Part shown: positions 26,612-36,809 of the stretch, one piece after another
Layout of the letters: the number at the start of each line of letters is the position of its first letter
Position numbering within the stretch: position 1 is the first letter of the stretch
Assembly (NCBI GenBank): GCA_023459335.1
Contig: JAEWUO010000036.1
Coordinates: 18,866 to 82,865, forward strand
Source: Bacillota bacterium
GTDB lineage: Bacteria > Bacillota > Clostridia > Christensenellales > CAG-138
DNA: 64,000 nucleotides
Direction of reading: 5' to 3'
The notes under the pieces: model-generated
The model's input: only the letters and a program-made list of their open reading frames with translations
Database searches by the model: none
Told to the model about the DNA's origin: nothing
Position numbers and translations under genes: made by a program

Positions 26612-28708
26612 ATGGAAAGAAACTTCCAGATGCAGCTTGGCGGGCGGACGCTCATCGTCGAAACCGGCAAGTACGCCGAACAGGCGGGCGGAAGCTGCCT
26701 CGTCCGCATGGGCGATACGGCGGTGCTGGTCTGCGCGACGATTGCAAAATCCGCGCGGGACGGCGTGGATTTTCTGCCGCTTTCGGTGGAATATCAGGAG
26801 AAACTTTACTCGGTCGGCAAGATTCCAGGCGGATTTATCAAGCGGGAAGGCAGGCCTACCGACCGTGCGATCTTAAGCTCGCGGCTCATTGACCGTCCGC
26901 TGCGTCCGCTGTTTCCCAAGGGATTTTATAACGACGTGCAGGTGGTTGCCACCGTTATGTCGGTCGAACAGGACATACAGCCCGAAATCCTCGCGATGAT
27001 CGGTTCCTCCGCCGCGCTGGCCATCAGCGAAGCGCCATTTTCGGGTCCGACGGGCTCCGTCGCGGTCGGCATGGTGGACGGAGAGTACGTCATCAATCCC
27101 GACGTCGCACAGCGCGAGAAAAGCCGCCTGACCCTCACGGTCGCCGGGACGAAGGACGCGGTCATGATGGTGGAAGCCGGCGCGAACGAGGTCACAGAGG
27201 ACGAAATGCTCGGCGCGATCCTATTTGCGCACGACGAGATCAAGAAGATCGTATCGTTTATTGCAAGCATCGAAGCCGAAATCGGCAAACAGAAGATGGA
27301 GGCGATTGTTTACCACCCCGACGAAGCGCTGGAGGCGAGAGTTCGCGCCATCGCAACCGACCGGGTCGTCTGGTCGCTGGACACGTTCGAACGTTCCGAG
27401 CGCGAAGTTCGCGGCGAACAGGTGAAGGCCGAAACGGTGGAAGCGCTCAAGGAAGAATATCCTGAAGGCGGAAAAGACATCGCCGCGGTGCTGTATACCA
27501 TCACAAAAGAAGTCGTACGCGACAAGATCATCAATAAAAAGATCCGCCCGGACGGGCGCGCGCAGGATGAGATCCGCCCCATCTGGAGCGAAGTCGGCAT
27601 CTTCGGCCGCACGCACGGCAGCGCGGTGTTCACCCGCGGGCAGACGCAGGTCATGACCATTGCAACCCTCGGCACGATCTCCGAAGCGCAGACGCTCGAC
27701 GGGCTCACGCTCGAAGAGAGCAAGCGCTATATGCACCAGTACAACATGCCGCCGTACAGCACGGGCGAAGCAAAGCCCATGCGCGGCGTCGGACGCCGCG
27801 AGATCGGTCACGGCGCGCTCGCGGAGCGCGCACTGGAGCCGGTGCTGCCCAGCGAAGCGGAGTTTCCGTACTGCATGCGCCTCGTGAGTGAAGTCATCAG
27901 TTCGAACGGCTCCACCTCGCAGGCTTCCATCTGCGCGAGCACGCTGGCGCTGCTGGACGCGGGCGTCCCGATCAAGAAGTCCGTCGCGGGCGTCGCGATG
28001 GGCCTCATCAAGGACGATTCGACCGGAAACATCGCGATTCTCACCGATATTCAGGGCCTTGAGGATTTCCTCGGCGATATGGACTTCAAGGTCGCCGGCA
28101 CGCGTGACGGCATCACCGCCATCCAGATGGACATCAAAATCAAGGGCATCAATAAAGAGATTTTAACTCGCGCGCTGGAGCAGGCACGGAAAGGCCGCAT
28201 GTTCATCCTCGACAAGATGGATGAAACGCTGCGCGAACCGCGCGCGGAGCTCTCACCCTACGCGCCGCGCATCATCACGTTTACGATCAACCCGGATAAG
28301 ATCCGCGAGGTCATCGGCAGCGGCGGCAAGACGATCAACAAGATCATCGCCGATACCGGCGTGAAGATCGACATCGAGGATGACGGCACGGTCTACATCG
28401 CGTCGCCCGATTCGGCTGCGGCGGCGGAAGCCAAGCGCATCATCGACGGCATCGTCAAGGAAATCGAAGTCGGCGACGTATACCTCGGCACCGTGGTCGG
28501 CATCAAGGATTTCGGCGCGTTCATCAACCTCAAGCCCGGCACGGATGGGCTTCTGCACATTTCCCGCATTGCAAACAAGCGCGTGGAAAAGGTGGAGGAC
28601 GTGCTGTCCATGGGCGAGCAGGTGCTTGTGCGCGTGATCGACATCGACCCCAAGACCGGCAAGATCAGCCTGACCCGCAAGGACATGCTGCCGCCGGAAA
28701 AGGAATAA
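26612..28708 (+). CDS. pnp: Polyribonucleotide nucleotidyltransferase (PNPase)
   Basis: ATG 26612 with GAAGGAG upstream. Two RNase PH domains, a KH domain ([13 protein letters not shown]) and an S1 domain ([15 protein letters not shown]). Confidence 0.95.
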   Translation: MERNFQMQLGGRTLIVETGKYAEQAGGSCLVRMGDTAVLVCATIAKSARDGVDFLPLSVEYQEKLYSVGKIPGGFIKREGRPTDRAILSSRLIDRPLRPLFPKGFYNDVQVVATVMSVEQDIQPEILAMIGSSAALAISEAPFSGPTGSVAVGMVDGEYVINPDVAQREKSRLTLTVAGTKDAVMMVEAGANEVTEDEMLGAILFAHDEIKKIVSFIASIEAEIGKQKMEAIVYHPDEALEARVRAIATDRVVWSLDTFERSEREVRGEQVKAETVEALKEEYPEGGKDIAAVLYTITKEVVRDKIINKKIRPDGRAQDEIRPIWSEVGIFGRTHGSAVFTRGQTQVMTIATLGTISEAQTLDGLTLEESKRYMHQYNMPPYSTGEAKPMRGVGRREIGHGALAERALEPVLPSEAEFPYCMRLVSEVISSNGSTSQASICASTLALLDAGVPIKKSVAGVAMGLIKDDSTGNIAILTDIQGLEDFLGDMDFKVAGTRDGITAIQMDIKIKGINKEILTRALEQARKGRMFILDKMDETLREPRAELSPYAPRIITFTINPDKIREVIGSGGKTINKIIADTGVKIDIEDDGTVYIASPDSAAAAEAKRIIDGIVKEIEVGDVYLGTVVGIKDFGAFINLKPGTDGLLHISRIANKRVEKVEDVLSMGEQVLVRVIDIDPKTGKISLTRKDMLPPEKE

Positions 28709-28732
28709 ATGTTACGAGCGACGGACTCACGC

Positions 28733-28763
28733 GGGGCGCGGCGGCAACGCCGCGCCCTCTTTA
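28733..28763 (+). terminator. Rho-independent terminator after pnp
   Basis: GGGCGCGGCG-GCAA-CGCCGCGCCC followed by TCTTTAT. Confidence 0.6.
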
Positions 28764-28845
28764 TGCGTAACAATAACTCGCTCTGCGTTTTATTTTGTGG
28801 TACAATACAGAATCGTCAGCACGCGCGAAAGGGTAATTAAAATTC

Positions 28846-30108
28846 ATGATGCGCCAGACTATATTAAAAAACGGCATTCGGCTGATCTATGAGGAGATGG
28901 AACACGTCCGCTCCGTCTCCATGGGAGTCTGGGTGGACACCGGTTCCGTACGGGAAACGCCGGAGAATGCGGGCGCTTCGCACCTGATCGAGCATATGGT
29001 GTTCAAAGGGACCGGACGCAGGAACGCGGAGCAGATCGCCGTCGAGATGGACGCGGTCGGCGGAAATATCAACGCCTTTACAAGCAAGGAGAGCACCTGC
29101 TTTTACGCGAAGGTGCTGGACGAACATCTCGACCTTGTTTCGGATGTGCTCTCGGATATCGCGTTTCACAGCGTGTTCGACCCGGAAGAACTGAAAAAAG
29201 AGCAGGGCGTCGTAGTAGAGGAAATCCTCATGAACGAGGACAGCCCGGAAGACCTCGCGGGAGAAGAGAGCAACATGCTCTTCTTCGGCGTGGAGCCGCT
29301 GGCGAGTCCCATCCTCGGCACAAAGGAAAGTGTGACCGCGTTTACCCGCGAGACGCTGCTTGCGTATAAGAACGAGTTTTACGTACCGAAGAACATCGTC
29401 GTTTCCTGTGCTGGACATTTTCGGGAGCAGGCGCTGATCGATTCCGTGACCCGCTGGTTCGACATTCCGGAAGACGCGCGGACTGCGCAGCCCGGTTTGC
29501 AGCGGTATCCGGGCGGCAAGCGGGAAAAGTTCGTCGAAAAGGATGTGGAGCAGGTGCATATCTGCCTGACGCTGCCCGGCTTTGCGCGGGACGACGCGGG
29601 GCAGTATCCGCTCGCGGTGCTCTCCAATATCATTGGCGGGAGCATGAGCTCGCGCCTGTTTCAAACCATCCGCGAGAAGCTGGGGCTCGCCTACTCGGTA
29701 TACTCTTATCCGACGAGTTACACAGGCACCGGCACGCTTACGCTCTACGCCGGAACGGGCGAAAAGCAGGCGAAGGAAGTGCTCGTCCGCATGATTGAGG
29801 AGATCGAACGCGTAAAAAAAGACGGCGTGACGAGAGAGGAACTGGAGCGCTGCCGCGAGCAGCTCAAGGGCAGCTATCTGCTGAGCATGGAGTCCACGGG
29901 CGCGCGCATGAACGCGCTGGGCAAGACGCTGCTGTTACAAAAGCGTGAATATAACGAACAGGAAACCATCCGCCGGATCGAATGTGTTACAATGGAGGAT
30001 ATCGAGCGGATCACACCGATCTGCCTCGATCTGAACAACGCGAGCGCGGCTCTCGTCGGGCGGGTCGAAAAACGCAGGCCGGCGCTGACGGAAGCGCTGC
30101 GCCGGTGA
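28846..30108 (+). CDS. M16-family (pitrilysin/insulinase-like) zinc peptidase
   Basis: 420 aa. GASHLIEHMVFKGT contains the inverted zinc motif HxxEH. Confidence 0.8.
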   Translation: MMRQTILKNGIRLIYEEMEHVRSVSMGVWVDTGSVRETPENAGASHLIEHMVFKGTGRRNAEQIAVEMDAVGGNINAFTSKESTCFYAKVLDEHLDLVSDVLSDIAFHSVFDPEELKKEQGVVVEEILMNEDSPEDLAGEESNMLFFGVEPLASPILGTKESVTAFTRETLLAYKNEFYVPKNIVVSCAGHFREQALIDSVTRWFDIPEDARTAQPGLQRYPGGKREKFVEKDVEQVHICLTLPGFARDDAGQYPLAVLSNIIGGSMSSRLFQTIREKLGLAYSVYSYPTSYTGTGTLTLYAGTGEKQAKEVLVRMIEEIERVKKDGVTREELERCREQLKGSYLLSMESTGARMNALGKTLLLQKREYNEQETIRRIECVTMEDIERITPICLDLNNASAALVGRVEKRRPALTEALRR

Positions 30109-30152
30109 GAAATTCAGTTCGCCTCGCTTATATTGTTTAGGGGGAAACCGCC

Positions 30153-30524
30153 TTGGATAAACTGGACATGATTTTTCAGCTGCAGCAGTCGCTGGACGAT
30201 GACATCGCTTCGCGCAGGAATCTCGATTTTTCGCGCGAAGTGTGGCTGCAGAAAGAGGTTCTCGCGATGATCTCCGAGCTTTCGGAGGTGCTCGACGAGG
30301 TAAATTTCAAGTGGTGGAAGAACCCCAAACCGATCGACGACGCGTCGCTCAAGGGCGAGCTCGTCGATATCCTGCATTTCTTTGTGAGCATGTGCCTCAA
30401 GAGCGGTATGACGGCGGAGGAGCTCTTCGCGCTCTACAAAGCGAAAAACCAGGAGAACTTCGACCGTCAGTACGGCAGGTCGAAGAAACATGGTTACGAA
30501 ATCGGCGGTGAAACGAATGGCTAA
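30153..30524 (+). CDS. Dimeric dUTPase-like / MazG-like all-alpha NTP pyrophosphohydrolase
   Basis: 123 aa with ELSEVLDEVNFKWWK...ELVDILHFFVS. The pattern resembles the dUTPase_2 family. TTG start with AGGGGGA upstream. Confidence 0.6.
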   Translation: MDKLDMIFQLQQSLDDDIASRRNLDFSREVWLQKEVLAMISELSEVLDEVNFKWWKNPKPIDDASLKGELVDILHFFVSMCLKSGMTAEELFALYKAKNQENFDRQYGRSKKHGYEIGGETNG

Positions 30525-31710
30525 ATCGCGCATACGCCTCAGGGGCCGCTTTTTTCTGATGCTGCTGATTGTGACGGGCATCATCGTGATCGTCGCGGTC
30601 GTCGCCAATCTTGTGAAGAAATCCGGCGAGATCGAATTCGGCTCGCTTGGCGCGGATCTGGAAGTGAACGCCGCGATCATCCGCGACGAGAAGGTGATCA
30701 TGTCCGAGCCGTACGAAAAGATTACGTTCGACGTCGTCGAGGGCGATACGGTCAGCAACGACCAGGTGATCGCGCAGCTTTATAAACGCGGCTATCAGGA
30801 CGAGACCATGGTGACCCTGTTAAATCTGCAAAAGCAGATTTACGATTACCAGATTCAGCTTCTTGGCGGACAGGAGCCGCCGGAACTCGCCGAACTCAAC
30901 AACAGCATCGACTCCGTGGAACTCCAGATCCGCGCCGTATTGCGCGGGCAGAGCGAGCTGGATATGCTGGATCTCGAGCAGACGCTGAAAGATCTTGAAA
31001 GTCAGCGCATCGCACTTTTGAAGACCATTGTTACCCCCGATACGGCGCTGACCCAGCTTTATAACGATCTGAAAAGCCAGCAGAACGTCATGTCAAGCTG
31101 GAAAAGGGACATCAAGAATACATCCGGCACGGGTATCGTGAGTTTCTATTTCGACGGATATGAACAGGTGCTCAGCGTCAATAAGCTCTCGACCATCAAC
31201 TCCGCGCTGGTAAAAACCGTCGTCAACGGCGGGAACACCGCGAAAGTCGCGGAGTCGACCAGCGAAGTGCCGCTGTACCGCATCATCAACAACACGCATT
31301 GGTTCATCGCGTTCGTTACGAGCGCCACCGAACCGATGCGTCTGGCCGAAGGGGAACAGTACAGCGTGCTGTTCAAGGATTATTCCGAGCAGCAGTACAC
31401 CGCGACCGCGCGCGCAAGCCAGGTCTCCGAAAACGCGGTCGTCAATATCCTGGAATTTAACACCGACATCGGGAAACTCATCGGCGCCCGCACGGTTGCC
31501 GCGACGATCAGCAAGTCCGCGCAGGGTCTCGTCGTTCCGCTCAAGGCGATCCAGATCATCTCCGGCATGCCGGGCATCAACATCGCTTACGGCGATACGG
31601 TGCTGCGCGTCGAGGTGGATATCCTCGCGCAGAACGATAACAAGGCGGTCATCCGCGCGCATAACGCCTCGGACAATCTCACCGCGGGAATGAAGTTTTT
31701 AAAGCCGTGA
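30517..31710 (+). CDS. HlyD-family / membrane-fusion-like protein with N-terminal TM anchor
   Basis: TM helix FFLMLLIVTGIIVIVAVV, a coiled-coil-rich middle and a beta-barrel-like C-terminus. Start is ambiguous (ATG 30490 or ATG 30517); either overlaps the upstream gene end. Confidence 0.55.
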   Translation: MAKSRIRLRGRFFLMLLIVTGIIVIVAVVANLVKKSGEIEFGSLGADLEVNAAIIRDEKVIMSEPYEKITFDVVEGDTVSNDQVIAQLYKRGYQDETMVTLLNLQKQIYDYQIQLLGGQEPPELAELNNSIDSVELQIRAVLRGQSELDMLDLEQTLKDLESQRIALLKTIVTPDTALTQLYNDLKSQQNVMSSWKRDIKNTSGTGIVSFYFDGYEQVLSVNKLSTINSALVKTVVNGGNTAKVAESTSEVPLYRIINNTHWFIAFVTSATEPMRLAEGEQYSVLFKDYSEQQYTATARASQVSENAVVNILEFNTDIGKLIGARTVAATISKSAQGLVVPLKAIQIISGMPGINIAYGDTVLRVEVDILAQNDNKAVIRAHNASDNLTAGMKFLKP

Positions 31711-32399
31711 CGGACATCGCGCAAAATATAGCGGACGTGCGCGAAGAAATCGCGCTTGCCTGCCGCCGCGCAAAACGCGCGCCGGAAAGCGTCTCACTCG
31801 TCGCTGTCTCCAAATATCAGGATGTCGAGCGGATTCGGGAAGCTCTCGAGGCGGGGGTGTCGGTATTCGGGGAAAATCACGCCCAAGAATTGAACGAAAA
31901 GAAAACTTTTTTTGAACTGCATGGCTGCAAAGTGCATTTTATTGGACAACTGCAAACGAATAAGATAAAATATGTCTGCGGTTTTGCCGACCTGATCGAA
32001 TCGGTGGATCGGCAGAGCCTCGCGAGCCTTCTGAATCAGAAAGCGGAGGCGCGCGCAGTCGTTCAGGACATTCTGATCCAGGTCAACATCGGTGCGGAGG
32101 ACCAAAAAGGCGGGGTCACCGGTGAGGACTTGGATTCTTTCGCGGAATCCATGGCGCAGTATCCAAACCTGCGGCTCAGGGGGCTCATGTGCGTCCCGCC
32201 CGCGGTGGAGCCGGAACAGGCAAGGGCATATTTCCGGCGCATGCGCGAGCACTTTGACCGCCTTCGCGATCAACGGAATCCCGGCGTATTCGACACGCTG
32301 TCGATGGGCATGAGCCACGATTTCGCGGCGGCGATCGAAGAAGGCGCCACGCAGGTTCGCGTCGGCACCCGGATCTTCGGCGCAAGGGACAGAAAATAA
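31707..32399 (+). CDS. yggS: YggS-family pyridoxal-phosphate homeostasis protein
   Basis: LVAVSKYQ (PLP Lys), FGENHAQE, HFIGQLQTNK and LSMGMSHDF motifs. Confidence 0.85.
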   Translation: MTDIAQNIADVREEIALACRRAKRAPESVSLVAVSKYQDVERIREALEAGVSVFGENHAQELNEKKTFFELHGCKVHFIGQLQTNKIKYVCGFADLIESVDRQSLASLLNQKAEARAVVQDILIQVNIGAEDQKGGVTGEDLDSFAESMAQYPNLRLRGLMCVPPAVEPEQARAYFRRMREHFDRLRDQRNPGVFDTLSMGMSHDFAAAIEEGATQVRVGTRIFGARDRK

Positions 32400-32457
32400 T
32401 TTTGAGGAAACGCCGCAGGCCCGGTTTCTGCGGCTGACGGTTTTCGGAGGAAAACGG

Positions 32458-32931
32458 ATGGCAAGCCTATACACAAAATTCCTGGATTTCATCGGAATCG
32501 AGGAGAGCGACGAGCAGGACGACGAACGCAGGGACGACGGGTATTACCACGACGAAGCGCCGGATCGTTCCACGGGCGTATTTGGCGGCGGACGCGCACA
32601 GGCGGCGCCCAACCGCAGAAACGACCGCGCTCAGAACTCGTCCGCGGCAAACCTTCCGATTTCCGGCGGAATGAAGATGATCGTGTATCACCCGGTCAGT
32701 TACGAAGATACGCAGAGCATCATCGACAACCTGAAAAACAGGAAGCCTGTCATCGTCAACATGGAAGAATTGGAGCTGGACACCGCCCAGCGTATTTTGG
32801 ACTTCCTTTCCGGCGCGGTCTATGCGCTCAACGGCACAATGTGCAAGATATCGCGCGGCATCTTCGTTGTTGCGCCAAATAATTACGACGTCGTAGGCAA
32901 CGGCGAGGACGACTACGGCGATCTCGTCTGA
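32458..32931 (+). CDS. sepF: Cell division protein SepF
   Basis: 157 aa. C-terminal core VYHPVSYEDTQSIIDNLKNRKPVIVNMEELELDTAQRILDFLSGAVYAL. Confidence 0.85.
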   Translation: MASLYTKFLDFIGIEESDEQDDERRDDGYYHDEAPDRSTGVFGGGRAQAAPNRRNDRAQNSSAANLPISGGMKMIVYHPVSYEDTQSIIDNLKNRKPVIVNMEELELDTAQRILDFLSGAVYALNGTMCKISRGIFVVAPNNYDVVGNGEDDYGDLV

Positions 32932-33031
32932 GCGGACGGATCGCCGAATAGGAACACGCATGACTGGCACATCAGACGGTTGGTGTGCCATTTTTAACAG
33001 ACGGCAGGTCAACGATAAGGAGGTACGTTCC

Positions 33032-33658
33032 ATGCGCCCGGAGGACATCGTAAACCAAGCATTCGCGCGTTCGTTTATGGGTTACGACATCGAACAGGTG
33101 GACGGTTTTCTCGACGAAGTCATCGAAGCCTTCGAACGCTACGAAGCGGAGAAGCGGGAGATGCTGTCCGCACTGGAATATCTGATGAAAAAACTGGAAC
33201 GCGGTCAGAAAATGCCTTTGTCCGACATGAAAAAAGCGATCGGCCCCGGAACCCCGCAGCCGTTGAAGACAAAAGAAACAGGCGAAGTTCATGCGCACGA
33301 CGAGGAACCGAAAGCGGCGGCGCGGTCGCTGACCCGAAGCGCGGCGGCAAAACCCCTTCGCGCGCCGAAGGTCAGCCGTGTGAAGGCCGAACAGGAAGCG
33401 AAAGACCGGATCATCCGCGAGGCGCAGGCCGCGCAGCAGCCGCTTTCACCGGAAGAGGCGGAGCAGCGCGCGCGCAGCGTCGCCGCCGTGGCAGCGAGCT
33501 GGCTGGACGAACTGCTGATCAACATCTCCGAACACGAAAGTTCCGATTATGAAAAAACGCCTGTGAACACGCCGGCCGCGGCCGCCGCAACTGCGGAGCC
33601 TTCCGTAAAACCGGCGGAAACGACGGCGCAGCCGGAGAACAAACCGGACGAGACATGA
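33032..33658 (+). CDS. DivIVA-domain protein
   Basis: AAGGAGG upstream of ATG 33032. N-terminal MRPEDIVNQAFARSFMGYDIEQVDGFLDEV is the DivIVA lipid-binding-domain pattern. Low-complexity C-terminus. Confidence 0.75.
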   Translation: MRPEDIVNQAFARSFMGYDIEQVDGFLDEVIEAFERYEAEKREMLSALEYLMKKLERGQKMPLSDMKKAIGPGTPQPLKTKETGEVHAHDEEPKAAARSLTRSAAAKPLRAPKVSRVKAEQEAKDRIIREAQAAQQPLSPEEAEQRARSVAAVAASWLDELLINISEHESSDYEKTPVNTPAAAAATAEPSVKPAETTAQPENKPDET

Positions 33659-35571
33659 AAAAATCATATGCTTTTCCGCCCGTCAGCCGGGAAGAGATGG
33701 CAGCGCGCGGGATCGAACAGCTCGACTTCGTTCTGGTATCGGGGGACGCTTATGTCGACCACCCGAGCTTCGGCGCGGCGATCATCACACGTCTTCTGGA
33801 GAGCCGCGGATATACCGTGGGGATCATCATGCAGCCGGACTGGCACAGCGCGCAGGCGTTTCAGGCGCTGGGAAAGCCCAGGCTGGCGTTTCTCGTTACC
33901 TCCGGCAACATCGACAGCATGGTGAACCACTACGCCGTCTCCGGCGCGCGCAGGGACACGGACGCGTATTCGCCCGACGGCGCGGCGGGGAAACGGCCGG
34001 ACCGCGCGGCGATCGTCTATGCCAACCGCTGCCGCGAAGCATACGCAGGCGTGCCTCTGATCATCGGCGGCATCGAAGCGAGCCTGAGGCGATTCGCGCA
34101 TTACGATTACTGGGACGACCGCGTACGCCACAGCATCCTCTACGACGCATGCGCGGATATCCTCGTCTACGGAATGGGAGAGCGCGCAATTTCACAGATC
34201 GCCGACGCGCTGAATGGAGGCACGCCGGTCGGGCAAATCACGGAAATCCCCGGGACCTGCGTTCGCATCGCGCATGCGGAGGACGCAAAAGGCGCTTTAT
34301 TACTGCCGTCCTATCAGGAGGTCGCGCGGGACAAGCGAAAGTATTGCGAGGCGTTTGCCGTTCAGGCGCGGGAGCAGGACGCGGTCCGCGGGAAACGCAT
34401 GCTGCAGCCGCACGAAAAGGGCTTGCTGCTCTGCAATCCTCCCGCCATGCCGCTCTCCGCTGCGGAACTCGACGAAGTATACGCGCTGCCGTTTACAAGA
34501 AGGCCGCACCCCTCGATCCGCGGACACGTGCCCGCGCTGGACGAGGTTTCGTTTTCCATCGCGTCCGCGCGCGGCTGCTTCGGCGACTGCAGCTTCTGCG
34601 CGCTGACGTTCCATCAGGGGCGCGTGGTGACGGGGCGGTCGCACGGATCGATCCTTGCCGAGGCGGAAACGCTGACGCGCGATCCGGCGTTCAAGGGATA
34701 TATTCACGACATCGGCGGCCCGACCGCGAATTTTCGCCACCCCGCATGCGAAAAGCAGCTGAAAAGCGGCGCCTGCGCGGACAGGCAGTGCATCGGTTTT
34801 ACCGCCTGCAAGAACCTCGATACATCGGAGGAAGATTACGTTTCCCTGCTGCGAAAGCTCCGCGCGCTGCCGCACGTGAAGAAGGTGTTCGTCCGAAGCG
34901 GCATCCGGTACGATTACGCGATGCTGGACCGAAGCGACGCGTTCCTGCGCGAACTCGTCGAACACCACGTCAGCGGTCAGCTCAAGGTTGCGCCCGAACA
35001 CGTCTCCGACCGCGTGCTGAAGTATATGAACAAACCGCCGCATGCGGTATACGAGCGGTTTGTGCAAAAATTCGAAGCGATCAATCAAAGCCTCGGGCTG
35101 AAGCAATACCTCGTGCCTTACCTGATCAGTTCGCATCCGGGATCGACGCTGCAGGACGCAATCGAACTCGCGCTGTATATCAAGAAGACGGGGCACCGGC
35201 CGGAACAGGTGCAGGATTTTTACCCCACGCCGGGCACCGCCTCGACCTGCATGTATTTTACCGGACTGGATCCGTTTACGATGCAGCCCGTTTACGTCGC
35301 CAAAACGCGAGAGGAAAAGACGATGCAGCGCGCGCTTTTACAGTGTCACGTGCGGAAAAACTGGCCGCTCATCAGAAAAGCGCTTCGGCTTGCGGACCGC
35401 GAAGACCTGATCGGAAACGGAAAAGGCTGCCTTGTGCCGCCGGATTACCGCTCCCCGGCGGAGGAAAGGGCGAACGGAGGCGGACATGCGCAGCCGCGCA
35501 GAAATGTTCCTGCGCGCGGCGGCGCTGAAAAGCCCGGCGGCGGAAGGCGCGCGCGGCGCAGCCCGCGCTGA
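33655..35571 (+). CDS. ygiQ: YgiQ-family radical SAM protein (UPF0313)
   Basis: 638 aa with DFVLVSGDAYVDHPSFG at the N-terminus and a CFGDCSFC radical-SAM cluster motif. Arg/Gly-rich C-terminal tail. Confidence 0.85.
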   Translation: MKKSYAFPPVSREEMAARGIEQLDFVLVSGDAYVDHPSFGAAIITRLLESRGYTVGIIMQPDWHSAQAFQALGKPRLAFLVTSGNIDSMVNHYAVSGARRDTDAYSPDGAAGKRPDRAAIVYANRCREAYAGVPLIIGGIEASLRRFAHYDYWDDRVRHSILYDACADILVYGMGERAISQIADALNGGTPVGQITEIPGTCVRIAHAEDAKGALLLPSYQEVARDKRKYCEAFAVQAREQDAVRGKRMLQPHEKGLLLCNPPAMPLSAAELDEVYALPFTRRPHPSIRGHVPALDEVSFSIASARGCFGDCSFCALTFHQGRVVTGRSHGSILAEAETLTRDPAFKGYIHDIGGPTANFRHPACEKQLKSGACADRQCIGFTACKNLDTSEEDYVSLLRKLRALPHVKKVFVRSGIRYDYAMLDRSDAFLRELVEHHVSGQLKVAPEHVSDRVLKYMNKPPHAVYERFVQKFEAINQSLGLKQYLVPYLISSHPGSTLQDAIELALYIKKTGHRPEQVQDFYPTPGTASTCMYFTGLDPFTMQPVYVAKTREEKTMQRALLQCHVRKNWPLIRKALRLADREDLIGNGKGCLVPPDYRSPAEERANGGGHAQPRRNVPARGGAEKPGGGRRARRSPR

Positions 35572-35628
35572 TCGGGAATCGTCGCGCGAAAACACGCCGG
35601 GGGCCGCGGTTTTCAGCGCAAGAAAGAA

Positions 35629-35657
35629 TTGACAAATAACCGCGAAGCCGATACAAT
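35629..35657 (+). promoter_or_regulatory. Sigma-A-like promoter TTGACA-17-TACAAT for yceD-rpmF
   Basis: Hexamers at 35629-35634 and 35652-35657. Confidence 0.5.
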
Positions 35658-35739
35658 ACATAACGTTGCGTGGAAACGTGCGGTAGTTTTGTGCGCGCTG
35701 GCAGCATAGGTTGCGCCGATTTCCTCGGCGGGCAAGGCG

Positions 35740-36222
35740 GTGGAGATCATGCGGATTCGTATTGCGGACGCGATACGCCAAACGGGGGAGCCTTTCCCGT
35801 TTTCCGCAATGGAAGCATTCACCCCGCAAACCTACGGGGAGCGGCGAATTATTTTTGCGGAACCGGTCAAAGCCGAAGGAACGTACGTTTACGACGGCAA
35901 GGCGTTTACGGTGTCCGGCGTGGCGAAGGCGAAGATCAACACGCTCTGCGCCCGCTGTTCGAAACCGTTTGTCGAACCCATATCGGTTTCTTTCTCCGAA
36001 CGGTTCGTAAAGGGAGAGGATGAGGGAACGGACGACGAGACCTATCCGTACACCGGCGACGAGCTGCTGCTCGATAAAGCGGTGCTGGACAACCTCTTTC
36101 TGGAGCTTCCCATCGCGAGCGCCTGCCGGGCGGACTGCAAAGGCCTTTGCCCCGTATGCGGTACGGACCGGAACGAAACGGACTGCGGTTGCATAACGAA
36201 TGATACTGCGGGCGATGCGTAA
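35740..36222 (+). CDS. yceD: YceD-family (DUF177) protein
   Basis: C-terminal CRADCKGLCPVCGTDRNETDCGC. Conserved position upstream of rpmF. Start is GTG 35740 or ATG 35749. Confidence 0.8.
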   Translation: MEIMRIRIADAIRQTGEPFPFSAMEAFTPQTYGERRIIFAEPVKAEGTYVYDGKAFTVSGVAKAKINTLCARCSKPFVEPISVSFSERFVKGEDEGTDDETYPYTGDELLLDKAVLDNLFLELPIASACRADCKGLCPVCGTDRNETDCGCITNDTAGDA

Positions 36223-36313
36223 CGCCCGCGCGATCAGATATCACCGGAAACGAAGCCCAAGGCGAAAATTCTACGCCCGACGTGCTATCAGATAAAGAAC
36301 AGGAGGGATTATC

Positions 36314-36523
36314 ATGGCAGTACCCAAGAGAAAAACGTCCAAGGCAAGGCGCGATTCCCGCAGAGCCGCGAACTTCGTCGTAGGCGAAGTACAGCTTAAC
36401 GAGTGCCCGCAGTGCCACTCGCTCGTACCGTCCCACACGGTATGCAAGACGTGCGGATATTACGGCGGCAAACTGGTCGTCGACAAAGAAGAGAAGGAAA
36501 AAAAGGAAAAGAAGAACGCCTGA
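36314..36523 (+). CDS. rpmF: 50S ribosomal protein L32
   Basis: MAVPKRKTSKARRDSRRA... with CPQC...CKTCG zinc-ribbon cysteines. Confidence 0.95.
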   Translation: MAVPKRKTSKARRDSRRAANFVVGEVQLNECPQCHSLVPSHTVCKTCGYYGGKLVVDKEEKEKKEKKNA

Positions 36524-36575
36524 TCCTCCGTCCTTCGGCGTAATCGAGCGATCAAAAACAGGTTTATGATGCAGG

Positions 36576-36609
36576 AGGCTTTTCGCGTATGCGCGCGGAG
36601 AGCCTTTTT
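36576..36609 (+). terminator. Imperfect hairpin plus T-run after rpmF
   Basis: AGGCTTTTCG...CGGAGAGCCT followed by TTTTG. Confidence 0.4.
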
Positions 36610-36659
36610 GCGTTCTGTTCCGGGCAAATACGCTGCGGCGATCAAAACACCTGTTCGCG

Positions 36660-36688
36660 TTGCAACGGAGGCGGTTATTTCGTATAAT
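36660..36688 (+). promoter_or_regulatory. Sigma-A-like promoter TTGCAA-17-TATAAT for plsX-acpP
   Basis: Hexamers at 36660-36665 and 36683-36688. The ORF-track start for the plsX ORF is actually this -35 TTG. Confidence 0.5.
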
Positions 36689-36809
36689 AATTCAATCAGG
36701 CTGCGCCGCGATATTGATCAAATTATTCGGACTCATCCATCCTCAGCGGCGCAAATCGCAAACTGGTGCGGCGGCGGGACGACTGCCGCGGAATTGGGAG
36801 AACATTACC

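Noticed and set aside
34149-35528. 459-aa alternative-frame plus-strand ORF inside ygiQ.
   Set aside because: It shares the strand but is out of frame with a gene carrying the radical-SAM CxxxCxxC motif. The product is extremely Arg/Ala-rich.
36660-36809. 50-codon N-terminal extension of plsX from the ORF-track start. The same issue applies to the GT-C gene at 50611.
   Set aside because: In both cases the TTG start coincides with a -35 hexamer of a good promoter match. Canonical N-termini with an SD begin downstream, at ATG 36810 and GTG 50698.
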